Below, piece after piece: positions 31,112 to 42,523 of a DNA stretch of 64,000 nucleotides. The translations under genes and the position numbers were made by a program. Where the stretch lies: NCBI GenBank assembly GCA_019058445.1, contig JAHPZA010000009.1:256001-320000 (forward strand). Reading direction: 5' to 3'. The stretch is from Promethearchaeota archaeon. GTDB taxonomy: Archaea; Asgardarchaeota; Lokiarchaeia; Sigyniarchaeales; SOKP01. Positions within the stretch are counted from its first letter, which is position 1, and every line of letters starts with the position of its first letter. The notes under the pieces are model-generated. The model worked only from the letters and a program-made list of their open reading frames with translations. It did not search any database and was not told the origin of the DNA.

Positions 31112-34100
31112 TTATTCAATTACTTCCATAGGTTTTCCATGGTGTTCGGGGATTGGTTGAGCTCCACATGACGCACCCATCCAGCAGACTAATTGATCTC
31201 CTTCCTTATGCATCGCCTGTCCGCAATGCATCGGCAAGTCTTGCTCTATTCCACATTCCACACATTTTAATTTTCCCACTTTTTCTTCAACCTCCTTTTT
31301 TGGTTTACTTATTTCTTTATCTTCCTCAATTTCAATATATTTTTCAGGATTTTTCTTAAATTTTACTAAACATGATTGATTACAAAAATAATATTTCTTA
31401 CTTTTATGTTCATGCTCAATCCAATCTTCAGGTTTTCCTTTCATACCACAGACGGGATCGATAACAAGCTCCTGTTCCTTTATTCCTTTATGCATTAACT
31501 TTGGATCAATATTCTCAAATGTCTTATATTTCTCAGGATCACGTTTAAATTCTGCTTCGCATGAGGGATTACAAAAGTAATAGCTTTTTCCCTTGTAAGT
31601 GTACTCTATTGATTGACTGGGTATTATTTTCATGCCACAAATAGGATCTATTACCTCTTCTTCAAGAAGTAATTTTTCTTCTTCAATTTGTTGTTCGGTT
31701 TTAGGCTCAAAACGCTTTAAAAATAAAGCATTAGTAACCACTGACACCGAACTCGTAGCCATGAATACAGCTGCCAAGAATGGTGGTAAGAAGAATCCAG
31801 TAGAGTAATACAAAATTCCCGCAGCAATGGGAATTCCAATTAAGTTGTAAATGAAAGCCCAGAAAAGGTTCGTAATCATTTTTTTATAAGTTTTTTTAGA
31901 TAACTTAATTGCAGATACCACATTTCTCAAATCTCCTCGCATAAGCACAATATCAGCTGTTTCTATAGCAACATCAGTACCAGATCCTACAGCGATACCT
32001 ACATCTGCTTGAGCTAGCGCCGGGGCGTCATTTATTCCATCTCCTACCATCGCAACGATTTTATTAGCTTGAGATTCCTGAAGATTTTTAATAGTAAGTG
32101 CCTTTTCATTGGGTAAAACTTCTGCGAGAATATGGTTTTCATCAATACCTAAATCTTTTCCTATAATGAGGGCCGTTTGCTTGTTATCACCAGTAAGCAT
32201 AAAAATATCCAAACCTAATTTTCTTAATTGTATTAAAGCATAAGGAGCCTGCTCTTTGATTTTATCTGAAATGCCAATGATTCCTTTCACTTCATTATCA
32301 ATACTCACTAAGATTGTGGTTCTTCCTTCTTTTTGAAATTCATGAAACTTCTCCAGATAACCTTTTAAATTAAGATTATTGTCAGCTATCAACTTCTCGT
32401 TTCCAATTAACACAGATTTGCCTTTAATTTCAGTTTTTATTCCTTTTCCCGGTATAGCATCAAATTCAATCGGAGTTTCAAGAGAAAGTCCATTTTGGTT
32501 TGCTTCTTCAATAATTGCTTGCCCTAAAGGATGTTCAGAACCCATTTCAGCACTACCAGCATATAAAAGCAACTCCTTTGCATCAACCCCACTTCCTTTC
32601 AAATCCCTCTCCGTAAAAATTGCAGAAACTTTAGGTTTTCCAATTGTTAGAGTACCAGTTTTATCAAAAACAATCGTATTGATATTATTAATTGATTCCA
32701 AAGAGTCTCCTCCTTTAATCAATATTCCATTTTCGGCGCCTTTTCCAGTTCCTACCATAACAGCGGTTGGAATTGCTAATCCTAACGCACAAGGACACGA
32801 TATAACAACAATCGAAGTAAAGACTAATAGAGACAATTCAAGGCCAATCCCGGCTATGAAATACCAAAATAAAAATGCTCCTGTAGCGATTAAAACAACG
32901 GTCGGTACGAAATAATTACTCACTTTATCGGCAAGCTGCTGTTTCGCAGCCTTTCTGCTCTGAGCATCCTTTACGAATTCAATAATTTGAAAAAGGAGGG
33001 TATCTTTACCGATTTTTTCAGTAGTCATATGGATTAATCCTGTTTGATTAACAGTTGCTCCAATAACTTCAGAATCTATATCTTTTTTGACATATCGGCT
33101 TTCTCCCGTGATCATTGATTCATCTACCTTTGTTTTGCCTTTGATTATCCGACCATCTACTGGAATTTTTTCACCAGGCCTTACAACTAATACGTCACCT
33201 ACTTCAATTTCTTCAATAGGTATCTCTATTTCTTTCCCATCCTTTAAAAGAGTGGCAGTTTTCGCCTGCAATCCAATTAATTTCTTAATGGCTTCTGAAG
33301 TCTGACCTTTTGTTTTATGTTCAAAGTACTTTCCGATGAGTAGAAAGGTCAATATCATGCTCATAGCTTCATAGAACGTATTACCTTGTATGAAAAACGT
33401 AGTTAAAATTGAATATATCAAAGCTGTAGTTGTACCTAATGCTACTAATACGTCCATATTTGCTGATTTATTCTTAAGTGATTTAATCGCACCTTTTAGA
33501 AAAAAAGTTCCCGCAATGGAATACTGCCCAATTGCAAGAAAAAATAAGAACAAATTTCTCTCAAAGGAAGGTGTTACAAACCAACTTATAGGAGTAATTA
33601 TAAGCATAAAAATTAATGAAGTGATTAAAATTCTGAACCGATATCTCATCTCTTTTTTATGACGTTCGATATCTTTATCTAAAGCTCCCGCTGATTTTTC
33701 AATAGCATATCCTAAATTTTTAATTTCAGAGTAGAGCTTTGTTTCTCCGATCTGAAGTTCATTAAATTCAATGAATAATTTCTCCGCCTGATAATTACCT
33801 CTTACATCATAAACACCTGTTAGATCCTTAACTTGGGCAACTAAAGAATTAAATTCATTTTCAGAAATGGTATCAGTAACTTTAATATCAATTTTTGCTA
33901 GGGTTGCTTTATATCCTAAATCTCGAATCGCCTTATTAAAATCATTATAGTTAGTCGTATTTGGGTTATATTCTACAGTCGCCTCTTCGTTAGCAAAATT
34001 TACTACTGAAGAATTAACCCCATCTAAATTTTTTAATTTTGTCTCGATCTTAAAGGCACAAGACGCACATGTCATTCCACCAAGCTTAATTTTTACTTTT

Positions 34101-34120
34101 TCTTTAGAAGTATCTTCCAC
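31112..34120 (-). CDS. copA: Cu(I)-exporting P1B-type ATPase with HMA, two YHS/TRASH and a C-terminal Cys/His domain
   Basis: [33 protein letters not shown] and MATSS motifs; DPICGM..YYFC twice. Confidence 0.95.
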   Translation of the reverse strand: MEDTSKEKVKIKLGGMTCASCAFKIETKLKNLDGVNSSVVNFANEEATVEYNPNTTNYNDFNKAIRDLGYKATLAKIDIKVTDTISENEFNSLVAQVKDLTGVYDVRGNYQAEKLFIEFNELQIGETKLYSEIKNLGYAIEKSAGALDKDIERHKKEMRYRFRILITSLIFMLIITPISWFVTPSFERNLFLFFLAIGQYSIAGTFFLKGAIKSLKNKSANMDVLVALGTTTALIYSILTTFFIQGNTFYEAMSMILTFLLIGKYFEHKTKGQTSEAIKKLIGLQAKTATLLKDGKEIEIPIEEIEVGDVLVVRPGEKIPVDGRIIKGKTKVDESMITGESRYVKKDIDSEVIGATVNQTGLIHMTTEKIGKDTLLFQIIEFVKDAQSRKAAKQQLADKVSNYFVPTVVLIATGAFLFWYFIAGIGLELSLLVFTSIVVISCPCALGLAIPTAVMVGTGKGAENGILIKGGDSLESINNINTIVFDKTGTLTIGKPKVSAIFTERDLKGSGVDAKELLLYAGSAEMGSEHPLGQAIIEEANQNGLSLETPIEFDAIPGKGIKTEIKGKSVLIGNEKLIADNNLNLKGYLEKFHEFQKEGRTTILVSIDNEVKGIIGISDKIKEQAPYALIQLRKLGLDIFMLTGDNKQTALIIGKDLGIDENHILAEVLPNEKALTIKNLQESQANKIVAMVGDGINDAPALAQADVGIAVGSGTDVAIETADIVLMRGDLRNVVSAIKLSKKTYKKMITNLFWAFIYNLIGIPIAAGILYYSTGFFLPPFLAAVFMATSSVSVVTNALFLKRFEPKTEQQIEEEKLLLEEEVIDPICGMKIIPSQSIEYTYKGKSYYFCNPSCEAEFKRDPEKYKTFENIDPKLMHKGIKEQELVIDPVCGMKGKPEDWIEHEHKSKKYYFCNQSCLVKFKKNPEKYIEIEEDKEISKPKKEVEEKVGKLKCVECGIEQDLPMHCGQAMHKEGDQLVCWMGASCGAQPIPEHHGKPMEVIE

Positions 34121-34273
34121 CTAAAATCACCCATTTACTCTTATTTTTCTAGATTTTATATTGATTTTTGTATTTTTTGTTTATAAATTGTAAATACTTG
34201 TCCTAATTCATAATTAAAAACTAAAAAAAAAGACTAATGATAGTATTTATTTTATAAATTAACATTGTTAGGC

Positions 34274-34591
34274 TCAAATTTCGCTCCCGCATTTTGGACA
34301 ATAATTAGATGTTTCACCATCTAATTTCTCTCCGCAATTAGGACAAAAGAAGGAACGATCTTGTAGTCTCTTATCAATTTTAGTCGCGAATGAGAGATTT
34401 TGACTAGATTGGTTTCTTAAATCATTATTATTCGAATAGTTATGTGATCCCCTATTTAGCACGTACAGAAGTATTACTACCAACAGAAGAAATATAATCC
34501 ATCCTGCTAATATATATAACCAATTTAGTGCACCCCCAGACATCCAATCCATCATATGATGCCCATCTCCATGCATTTCATCCAAAAACAT
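34274..34591 (-). CDS. Small His/Met-rich single-TM protein with zinc ribbon (copper-locus accessory)
   Basis: MHGDGHHMMDWM, TM helix, CPNCG..CPKCG. Confidence 0.65.
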   Translation of the reverse strand: MFLDEMHGDGHHMMDWMSGGALNWLYILAGWIIFLLLVVILLYVLNRGSHNYSNNNDLRNQSSQNLSFATKIDKRLQDRSFFCPNCGEKLDGETSNYCPKCGSEI

Positions 34592-34668
34592 AAAATCATC
34601 TCAACTCCTAATTTTTAACGTATTTTTTTTAGTTTTTATTTGATTTTTTTTAAATTTATTATCTTATG

Positions 34669-34690
34669 ATATATACTGAGTAGTATATAT
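34669..34690. promoter_or_regulatory. Inverted-repeat operator candidate for the PadR-TRASH regulator
   Basis: ATATATACT-GAGT-AGTATATAT, perfect 9-bp arms in the divergent intergenic region. Confidence 0.6.
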
Positions 34691-34768
34691 TTAAACATGA
34701 TTATTATAAAATATATACGAAATTTTTAATATGCGAAAATCTCATATTTTAAATAGTGAGAGCTGAAA

Positions 34769-35212
34769 ATGACTGAAACCCAAGATATAAAAATTCAAAG
34801 TATAACAAGATTCTATATCCTATTATTACTAAAATCGAAAAATAGACTTACTGGATACAAGATTATTAATCGGCTAAAAGAGGACTTAGGCACGACAGCA
34901 AGTCCTACAAGCATTTATGATTTTTTAAAGACCCTTAAAGAAAAAGGATATATTGAAGATATTCAGAAAAAAAAAGCCGGTCGTGTAAAAGGAATTAAAT
35001 TAACTTCTGCAGGTGATGAATTTATTGATAAGATTTTTTCAAGATTTAACAATTTAATCGAAGCGGCAGTTGAGTCAAAGTTAAAAATATGTGCCAGTTG
35101 TGGCGTAAAATTATATGATAACTATTACACCGAAGTAGTTGATGGGAAAGAAATGAATTTTTGCTGTATACACTGCGCAAAAGCATATAAAAATTCTAAC
35201 ATTGAACATTAA
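34769..35212 (+). CDS. PadR-family wHTH regulator with C-terminal TRASH/YHS metal-binding domain
   Basis: LTGYKII..SPTSIYDFLKTL..KLTSAG; CASCG...FCCIHC. Confidence 0.85.
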   Translation: MTETQDIKIQSITRFYILLLLKSKNRLTGYKIINRLKEDLGTTASPTSIYDFLKTLKEKGYIEDIQKKKAGRVKGIKLTSAGDEFIDKIFSRFNNLIEAAVESKLKICASCGVKLYDNYYTEVVDGKEMNFCCIHCAKAYKNSNIEH

Positions 35213-35312
35213 GAATTAAATATTCTATATCTCTTTATTTTTATCTTAAAATAGAGAGGAAAAATAAAGCCAGACGATAAATTAATCATTGGTTGTAAGT
35301 TAATTATGTAAA

Positions 35313-35675
35313 TTACTTTTCACGATACTTTTTTATAGCATCTTGTAAAGCATCTGCAGCTAAATTGCTACAATGTAATTTAATAGGTGGAAGTCCATCT
35401 AACGCATCGGCTACATCATTTCTCGTAATTTTCATTGCCTCATCTAATGTTTTTCCTTTTGCTAACTCGGTAATCATGCTCGATGTCGCAATGGCAGCAG
35501 CACATCCAAAAGTTTGAAATGAAATATCATCAATTTTATCGTCTTTTACCTTAATGTAAATATACATTAAATCTCCACATACAGGATTTCCATGTTCTCC
35601 CACAGCATCAGCATCTTCCAATTCTCCCATGTTTCTGGGATTCTTGAAATGCTCCATAACCTTTTCTGAATAAAT
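35313..35675 (-). CDS. iscU: Fe-S scaffold IscU/NifU; probable ATT start at 35675
   Basis: (M)YSEKVMEHFKNPRN, GNPVCGD, FGCAAA, KLHCSNLA. Confidence 0.92.
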   Translation of the reverse strand: MYSEKVMEHFKNPRNMGELEDADAVGEHGNPVCGDLMYIYIKVKDDKIDDISFQTFGCAAAIATSSMITELAKGKTLDEAMKITRNDVADALDGLPPIKLHCSNLAADALQDAIKKYREK

Positions 35676-35901
35676 TCTTGACCACCTTAAAAAAATTCTT
35701 TCTACAATATCTAAAATGAGATAAAATGATTTAAAATTTAATGTTTATAGCTCATAAAAGATCTTAATAATATTATTTATTGAAATAATTTATTTCCAAG
35801 AAAAAGTATAGAAAAACTAGGGATTACAACTAAAATAAAGAAAGTTTATAAAGAATTCTAATAAGTTTCTTAAATAAACTTTTTTTTGAAATTAATTAAA
35901 T

Positions 35902-37038
35902 TTAGCCTACAATTCTCCTGAAAATCCTTAAGAAATTTTCACCTGCGATCTTCTTTATTTCTTGATCGCTATAGCCCCTATCAATCAATCCTTTAATAAA
36001 ATTGGGGAATTTAGCATAGCTCTCGAATCCTTTGACTTTATTTGAAAAGCTTGCTTTGTGTTCAGGTCTAAATCCGAGAATATCTAAGAATTCGCTTATT
36101 TTTGCAGCTAAGTTGTCTGGAGCGGAAAATCCGTAGAAATCAGTTCCAATACCCACATGATCAATCCCTATTAGACTTACAATATAATCAACATGATCCA
36201 GCCAATCATCTATTGTAGTGTCTGCTCTCGTTGTCAAAAAGCCCGCAACAGCTAAAACTCCTATATATCCTCCTTTTTCAGCTACTGCTTGTAAAAATTC
36301 ATCAGGTTTTCCTCTATCGTGTTCATATAACTTTTTTGAAAATGTATGAGAGCAAATAATCGGATCTCTTGAATGCTCTAAGGCATCTGTCGATGTTTGA
36401 ATACCACAATGAGATACATCGACAATCGCTCCTAAATCATTTATCTTTTCAACTACATTTAATCCAAATTCTGTAAGCCCTCTGTCTCTTCTAGCGGTGC
36501 ACCCTGTCCCCACTGGATTTTTAGAATTATAAGTCAACTGCATTATTCTAAATCCTTTCATATAATATAATTCTACTAAATCAATATCTGTTCCAATATG
36601 TTCCATCGACTGAAAGTTTAGGATAATTCCTTTTTTCTTTTCTTTAAAGGCATTTTCAATATCGTCTGCTTTTAATATCTTTACAAAAAAATCCTTTCTA
36701 TTATCAAGTATGTATGTCATAAAGGAAAAATTATGAAATACGCCTTCAAATGAATATGGTTTTTTGTATAAGGGTCCTAGAGTAAAGCTCACACAATTCG
36801 AACCTGATTCATTCCACGCATCCTTATATTTTGAAAAATAATCATCATCTGAAACAATGTTCCTTGCGAACTTTATCATAAGTTCAGGTACAATCTCCCA
36901 AGGATTCATTTCTAAAGCTAACATCTCATCGCTTGCTTTCACGAGGTCTTCTGTCCAAGGTATTGGCCCATGACTAAGAGAATCAATAATAATGGAGGAT
37001 TCCATCAATTTTGCCGTTCTATCTTCTTTTTCACTCAT
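35902..37038 (-). CDS. M19 membrane-dipeptidase-family amidohydrolase
   Basis: QLTYN, GLTEFG, VDVSH, SHT, DHVGIGTDF, KIAGENFLR. Confidence 0.88.
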   Translation of the reverse strand: MSEKEDRTAKLMESSIIIDSLSHGPIPWTEDLVKASDEMLALEMNPWEIVPELMIKFARNIVSDDDYFSKYKDAWNESGSNCVSFTLGPLYKKPYSFEGVFHNFSFMTYILDNRKDFFVKILKADDIENAFKEKKKGIILNFQSMEHIGTDIDLVELYYMKGFRIMQLTYNSKNPVGTGCTARRDRGLTEFGLNVVEKINDLGAIVDVSHCGIQTSTDALEHSRDPIICSHTFSKKLYEHDRGKPDEFLQAVAEKGGYIGVLAVAGFLTTRADTTIDDWLDHVDYIVSLIGIDHVGIGTDFYGFSAPDNLAAKISEFLDILGFRPEHKASFSNKVKGFESYAKFPNFIKGLIDRGYSDQEIKKIAGENFLRIFRRIVG

Positions 37039-37184
37039 AATTTCACATCAAATTTAATTTAATTAATAATATCTTCCTTTCATAATTATATAATTTCTTT
37101 TGTTAATAGCAATATCTATAATTTCGAGAATATTTTATAAATTGAAAAATTAAATATTAATTAATAATAAATTCGGGAATAATT

Positions 37185-37910
37185 ATGGCTTTAACAACTT
37201 TGGATATTGTAAATGGCATTTTTGGTCTGTTGTTTGTTGGAATTTCAATAATTTTAGGAATAATTATTGTGTTAAAGTATTTCAAAACTAGGGATACTAA
37301 TTTTCTTTTAGTAGGATTTACTTGGATCCTACTTATTAGTGGGTGGTTCGGGACGAGCGTCTCTTTCTTAGTAGCTTTAATAACAGGTGGTGATGGCCTT
37401 TCATTAGAAATGATTTTGCTTTTGAATTTTATTCCGCTACCTATAGGTCTTGTCTTATGGACAATTGCCTTTACAAATTTCTTATATAAAGAAAAACAAG
37501 GATTAATTCTACTGTTTGTTGGTATTTATATCATCATATTTTATTCAGTTTTTCTTTATTTTATATTTACAGACCCTCTCGTAATTGCGGAGAAGATCTC
37601 ACCTGTAGATACCGCTGCAAGAAACATAGGGTTTGCAGTGTTTCTAATCATCTTTATAGCGATTTTCCTTTCTACAGGTATTAAGTTTGCGTTAGAGACT
37701 CTGAAGATTGACGATCCTGAAACGAAATTGAAAGGAAAATTACTCTTAATGGCATTTCCCTCATTTTGTATCGCTGGATTTTTAGATGCTTCAATTCCTA
37801 CAACAGCACTAACCTTAATAATCTTTAGGACAATTTTAATAATAAGTGCGGTTTTATTTTACGGGGGTTTCGTCTTACCAGAATGGATGAAGAAAATATT
37901 TTTAAAATAA
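37185..37910 (+). CDS. Approximately 7-TM membrane protein (paralog of 30172..30918)
   Basis: Seven hydrophobic helices; KLKGKLLLMAF, FYGGFVLP. Confidence 0.65.
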   Translation: MALTTLDIVNGIFGLLFVGISIILGIIIVLKYFKTRDTNFLLVGFTWILLISGWFGTSVSFLVALITGGDGLSLEMILLLNFIPLPIGLVLWTIAFTNFLYKEKQGLILLFVGIYIIIFYSVFLYFIFTDPLVIAEKISPVDTAARNIGFAVFLIIFIAIFLSTGIKFALETLKIDDPETKLKGKLLLMAFPSFCIAGFLDASIPTTALTLIIFRTILIISAVLFYGGFVLPEWMKKIFLK

Positions 37911-38260
37911 TTATTTTTACAAATCCAGAATATATAGTGGACAATGAATTATCACGAGTTATTTAGAACTCAAACCATCAACAACAATCAATTTTGAAAT
38001 TTTTCAGATAAATTTGATTTTATATTTTAAATTATTTTTTTGTTTATTTATTTTATCAGATTGTTTGAAAATTATTTCTATAAGAATATATAATCCCTAA
38101 TATAAATTATAGCAATTAATTTAATTATTTTTATTTTTACATTAAAAATTAAAAACATTTTTATATATAATGAAACTAATAGTTCTCAATAAATTAATTG
38201 AAATTCATATTCATTTACAATATCTGATTAATACAATATAGCAAATTTACTGATATTGTT

Positions 38261-39457
38261 ATGTCCATCGTTTCTAATAAGGCCAATAAGAAAAATCAAA
38301 TTTATTTATTTGGAATTATCATTCTATTTGTGTTATTGGCATTTATAAAGAGTAATTTAAGCATAAATTTAATAAAAACTGACGAATTTATTGAAGCTGA
38401 CAGAGCCAATGATTTAAAGAGTCGAAAAACCTCGGGTTTTTGGGGTCCAAATGAAGTTTCCTATATTCATATTAATAATAATTGGACAGATGCAAGAAAT
38501 AACCTTCCTTGGGTTCAAGGGGGAGATGGATCATGGGATAATCCATTTTATATAGAAAATGTCACAATAGACGCGAGTGATTCACCTACGGGTAGTGGAA
38601 TTCTTATAGAAAATTCCATTGTGTATTTTAGAATTGAAAATTGTACTATTTATAATTCTGACTATGGTGAAGAATACGCAGGAATTCAATTGAGAAATAC
38701 ATACAATTCAAAAATAATTGATAATATAGTAAATGATAATAATTATCGTGGAATAGCTTTATCCAACTGTTATAACAACACAATTTTGGGAAACATAGCA
38801 AATGATAACTTTTTCAATGGAATATTTTTAGGTTCTTGTTATAATAACAATATATCAAACAACTATGCTAATTACAATAAAGAACATAGTGGGATTTTTT
38901 TATGGGGTTGCAATAATAACACTATCTCAGGAAATAACGCAAATTCTAATGTACATAACGGTATATTTTTACAATTTAGTAATTATAATAATGTTTCGGG
39001 AAACACAGCAAATTACAACCAACACGCAGGGATAGTATTGGGAAATAGTAATTATAATAATATTATCGGAAATGTTTTAATCAACAATGAATTGGGAATA
39101 GAGGAAATCGATTTATGCATAGGAAACATAATTAGAAATAATATCATTCACGATCGTGAGGATAATGGTGATGACGACGATGATGGTAATGATACTATAG
39201 AAAATGAAACTCTCTTTGTCATATTAATTATTTTTATTATTATTTCTTTAATTTGTGGAGGATTTAGTATTATAATAGGAAGGAAATCTGAAAATTTAGA
39301 TGATGAACCTAAACTTGATTCTTCTGAGTTAGAAAAGGAGAAAGTTATTGAAGAAGAATATATCCTTTGCGATTTATGTGGCGAAAAAATAAAAAAGGGT
39401 AGTGAAAAATGTTCATATTGTGGTAGTCTTCTTTTAGGAATTAGTGATGATGACTAA
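38261..39457 (+). CDS. Surface NosD/CASH parallel beta-helix protein with C-terminal TM and zinc ribbon
   Basis: N-terminal hydrophobic anchor, GSWDNPFYIEN, GIxLxxxxNNxIxGNxANxN repeats, TM, CDLC..CSYC. Confidence 0.8.
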   Translation: MSIVSNKANKKNQIYLFGIIILFVLLAFIKSNLSINLIKTDEFIEADRANDLKSRKTSGFWGPNEVSYIHINNNWTDARNNLPWVQGGDGSWDNPFYIENVTIDASDSPTGSGILIENSIVYFRIENCTIYNSDYGEEYAGIQLRNTYNSKIIDNIVNDNNYRGIALSNCYNNTILGNIANDNFFNGIFLGSCYNNNISNNYANYNKEHSGIFLWGCNNNTISGNNANSNVHNGIFLQFSNYNNVSGNTANYNQHAGIVLGNSNYNNIIGNVLINNELGIEEIDLCIGNIIRNNIIHDREDNGDDDDDGNDTIENETLFVILIIFIIISLICGGFSIIIGRKSENLDDEPKLDSSELEKEKVIEEEYILCDLCGEKIKKGSEKCSYCGSLLLGISDDD

Positions 39458-39828
39458 CCTTTCAAAATTTTATTGTAATTACTATTTATTATAAATTTTC
39501 GTAGAAAATCTGAAGTAAATCCCTAAATATGGTCAAATTTAGTTAAAATTGATAGCAGAGAAAGAAGAGATTGATTAGGTATTATTTCCGATTTTGATCA
39601 ATGGTTTCATTTTGTGCAAAATAGTAAAGATTATAAAATAATTTAAGTTATATTCGAAATGGAGCTTATTTAACATTGAATTAAAATTTGTGCTAAATCT
39701 GGCATATTTATGCTCCTAAATCAATGAAAATAAAGGATTTTAACTTTTTTGATGAATTCCATAATTAAATAAAAAGAGTATCTTTATTATGATTATTTAT
39801 TTCATTAATTTTTTAACAACTATTCAGC

Positions 39829-42294
39829 TTAGTTAAGTATCATTAACTTTCTCTTATGAGGTACAGATACTTTTTCAACAAAATCAAAAGAAATATCCAC
39901 TTCTCTCGCAACATCAATTAAGGCTTTTGGAGATTGGTGAAAAAAGCAAACTTCTTTCGGTTCAAGACTTTTAATCATTTCTCGTAATTGTGTGCGATCG
40001 CCATGAAGTTTAATCTTTATTTGGGGAGCAAAGGAATTTATTAGTAATGCCCGAAATGGCATTTTCCAGGTCTCAGAAAAAGTAATTTCTTTTACATCTG
40101 ATTTATCTTCTGGATCAGGAGGGGTTATTAACTCCAATCCCGGTTCTTCATGGATAGCCCCTGATAGAAATACCATATTATGGGGATTCCTCCCGATTAT
40201 ATTTATGATATTTCTTATGATTCCATATGAGAGATCGGGAGGATGAGAAATGATGATATTATTTTTTTTGCGTAAAAAATCCAGATCATTAATGTCGAAC
40301 CATCTAAACTTAATAGAATTGAATGGATTTGCTTTATCGCGGATTAAGCGAGATATCGGACCATAAATATATTCATATCTATGATTAATGACTTGGATAT
40401 TCTTTCGAACCATTTGATCAACATAAATATTAGGTCTTTTCTTGTAATCTTTTTTCAATTGGAGCTTTCTAAAATATCTCCAAAAAATAAGCATGAATGT
40501 TATTGCTAAGCTCGATGGATCCGCACCTATTAAGCTATTATCTTCATATTCTGCCTTCTGCTCCAAAAACAATATGAGACTATGAAACTGATCCGAGATA
40601 TTGCCGAAATCTTCTTGAGCGCTTGAGGCATCTATTAACAAAAAATCGATTGGACGGGAAATCTGTTCTAAAAATCTTCTGGTACCTGCAAATGGTGTAA
40701 TGTCATAATAAGTATAATCTCCAGTAAATAAAAAGCGAAAATTCTGCACTTTAGCTAACATCATTAGCGCTCCCGGCATGTGTCCAGCATGGTAAAATGA
40801 TAAATAACATCCTTTATCCTTGAATTCAATCTTATCCCCGTTTTCCACATAAATTACATTTCGAACAATATTTACATAGTCTTGATCTTCGATCTCTTCT
40901 TGACTCTCTTGCTTTAAATATTCAGAATCTCTTAAGATATATAAATCCAAGGTAATTCTTGAGCATAAAATAGGTACTTCTGGATTTAATTTAATAAACT
41001 CTTTTACTCCAGAGATATGATCAAAATGACTATGCGAAATAAAGATTGCATCTATTTTTGGTTTATAGGATAGCTCTTTATTATTACCAGTATTCGAACC
41101 ATTTTTTTCTTCAATTTTTATAATTTTTTCATCCTTGCTCATTTCAGTTTCATCATGTTCATCAGCTTTTTCTTCCAAAGTAAGTTCAAGATCTTGAATG
41201 CTCTGAGATTCGGGTGGCTTTTCCTCTTCATTTAAAAACTCAGTTATTATTTTCCTAGTATCCTTACTATCTGCTATTATTTGATCGAAATTGGTTTTAT
41301 AGGTTTCAATATATTCAAAATATTCTTCTGTTATCCCACAGTCCAATAATATGTTTAACTTACCTAGTCCTAAAATTAGAGAATTATGATTTGGTTTCAG
41401 AGCAATCGGATAAAGACTCACTCTAATTTTTTCATCGGTGCCAATTCCATTCTTAAGGGATATCTCTTTAAAATAGTTTTCGTCAAATTTTCTTTCAATC
41501 TTGTCGACAGCAACTGAAACTTCACTTTTCCCGACTGGTACACCTGTAATATAGAAGTACCATCCATATAAATTGACCAATTTATCTAAATTATCATACA
41601 TTTTATCTCCGATTAGAGATTTTACAACAATTACCTTCTCCTGCATGTAATAAATAATTTTAGCTATGGAATTTTTTTCTTTATGGGGAATATCCTCATT
41701 TTTAAGAAAGAAATCATCTAAAACTTCTTTAATTGGTTTTTGTGGAATTTTTTTTGATTTTATCTTTTTAAAATACTTAAAATATTCTTTTGTCTTATAC
41801 AACGGTCGCATATTTTCTTTTTGTTTAAGAATAATATTCGTATTATCGAATTGATAATTCTCTACTTTGATAGTGTTCTCTTCTTTCCTCAACTTTTTTT
41901 CAGATTTTTTGGATTTTCTGGATTTTATTGGTTTTTTTTCTTTGAAACGTTTATCAGATTCAGACACAAAAAAAAACCATCCATATGCTTTAACTAGTTT
42001 ATCCCGATTCCAAATTATATCTCTCCCGGTTTTCGTGATGGCAACAATTACACGATCCTTTAGAGAATATAATATTTTTTGTATGGAGTTCTTTACTTTT
42101 GAGTTTATTATTTTATTTTCATTGGAAAAAAAGTGAATTAATACTTCTTTAATATCTTTTTGAGGAATTTTTTGCTCTTCCATTAATTTCAATTTTTGAT
42201 TATAAGACTTAATTTTAAAAGAGGATCCTAATTTCGTTAATTCTTCTATTGAAATTGAGCGATCATTAATTTTAAATTCCTCTTTTATCATCAA
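39829..42294 (-). CDS. Metallo-beta-lactamase/beta-CASP nuclease (CPSF-like) with duplicated N-terminal domain
   Basis: LLDCG, SHSHFDH, AGHMPG, FTGD, C-terminal LHGD..FFHQ. Confidence 0.8.
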   Translation of the reverse strand: MMIKEEFKINDRSISIEELTKLGSSFKIKSYNQKLKLMEEQKIPQKDIKEVLIHFFSNENKIINSKVKNSIQKILYSLKDRVIVAITKTGRDIIWNRDKLVKAYGWFFFVSESDKRFKEKKPIKSRKSKKSEKKLRKEENTIKVENYQFDNTNIILKQKENMRPLYKTKEYFKYFKKIKSKKIPQKPIKEVLDDFFLKNEDIPHKEKNSIAKIIYYMQEKVIVVKSLIGDKMYDNLDKLVNLYGWYFYITGVPVGKSEVSVAVDKIERKFDENYFKEISLKNGIGTDEKIRVSLYPIALKPNHNSLILGLGKLNILLDCGITEEYFEYIETYKTNFDQIIADSKDTRKIITEFLNEEEKPPESQSIQDLELTLEEKADEHDETEMSKDEKIIKIEEKNGSNTGNNKELSYKPKIDAIFISHSHFDHISGVKEFIKLNPEVPILCSRITLDLYILRDSEYLKQESQEEIEDQDYVNIVRNVIYVENGDKIEFKDKGCYLSFYHAGHMPGALMMLAKVQNFRFLFTGDYTYYDITPFAGTRRFLEQISRPIDFLLIDASSAQEDFGNISDQFHSLILFLEQKAEYEDNSLIGADPSSLAITFMLIFWRYFRKLQLKKDYKKRPNIYVDQMVRKNIQVINHRYEYIYGPISRLIRDKANPFNSIKFRWFDINDLDFLRKKNNIIISHPPDLSYGIIRNIINIIGRNPHNMVFLSGAIHEEPGLELITPPDPEDKSDVKEITFSETWKMPFRALLINSFAPQIKIKLHGDRTQLREMIKSLEPKEVCFFHQSPKALIDVAREVDISFDFVEKVSVPHKRKLMILN

Positions 42295-42523
42295 TTAATG
42301 CAAATTTTCGATACAAAAAATTCTTACGATTTTTCTAAAAATCAATTTTTCAAATTTAAACGTAAATTTAAGTTATTTAAAAAATGCATGTATTATCATT
42401 ATTTTTTTGTTGTTCTTAATTTATAATTTATTTTCTATTGATTTGCATAACTTTAAAAATACGTAATGCATTATTGTTTGATTTTCGAATAAAATTTAAG
42501 TTTAAAAATAGCAAGTATAGCTG

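Noticed and set aside
32379-33662. Plus-strand ORFs within copA, and similar shadows at 46620, 48514, 13271, 7819 and 52335
   Set aside because: They are antisense to well-supported genes and have no recognisable motifs.
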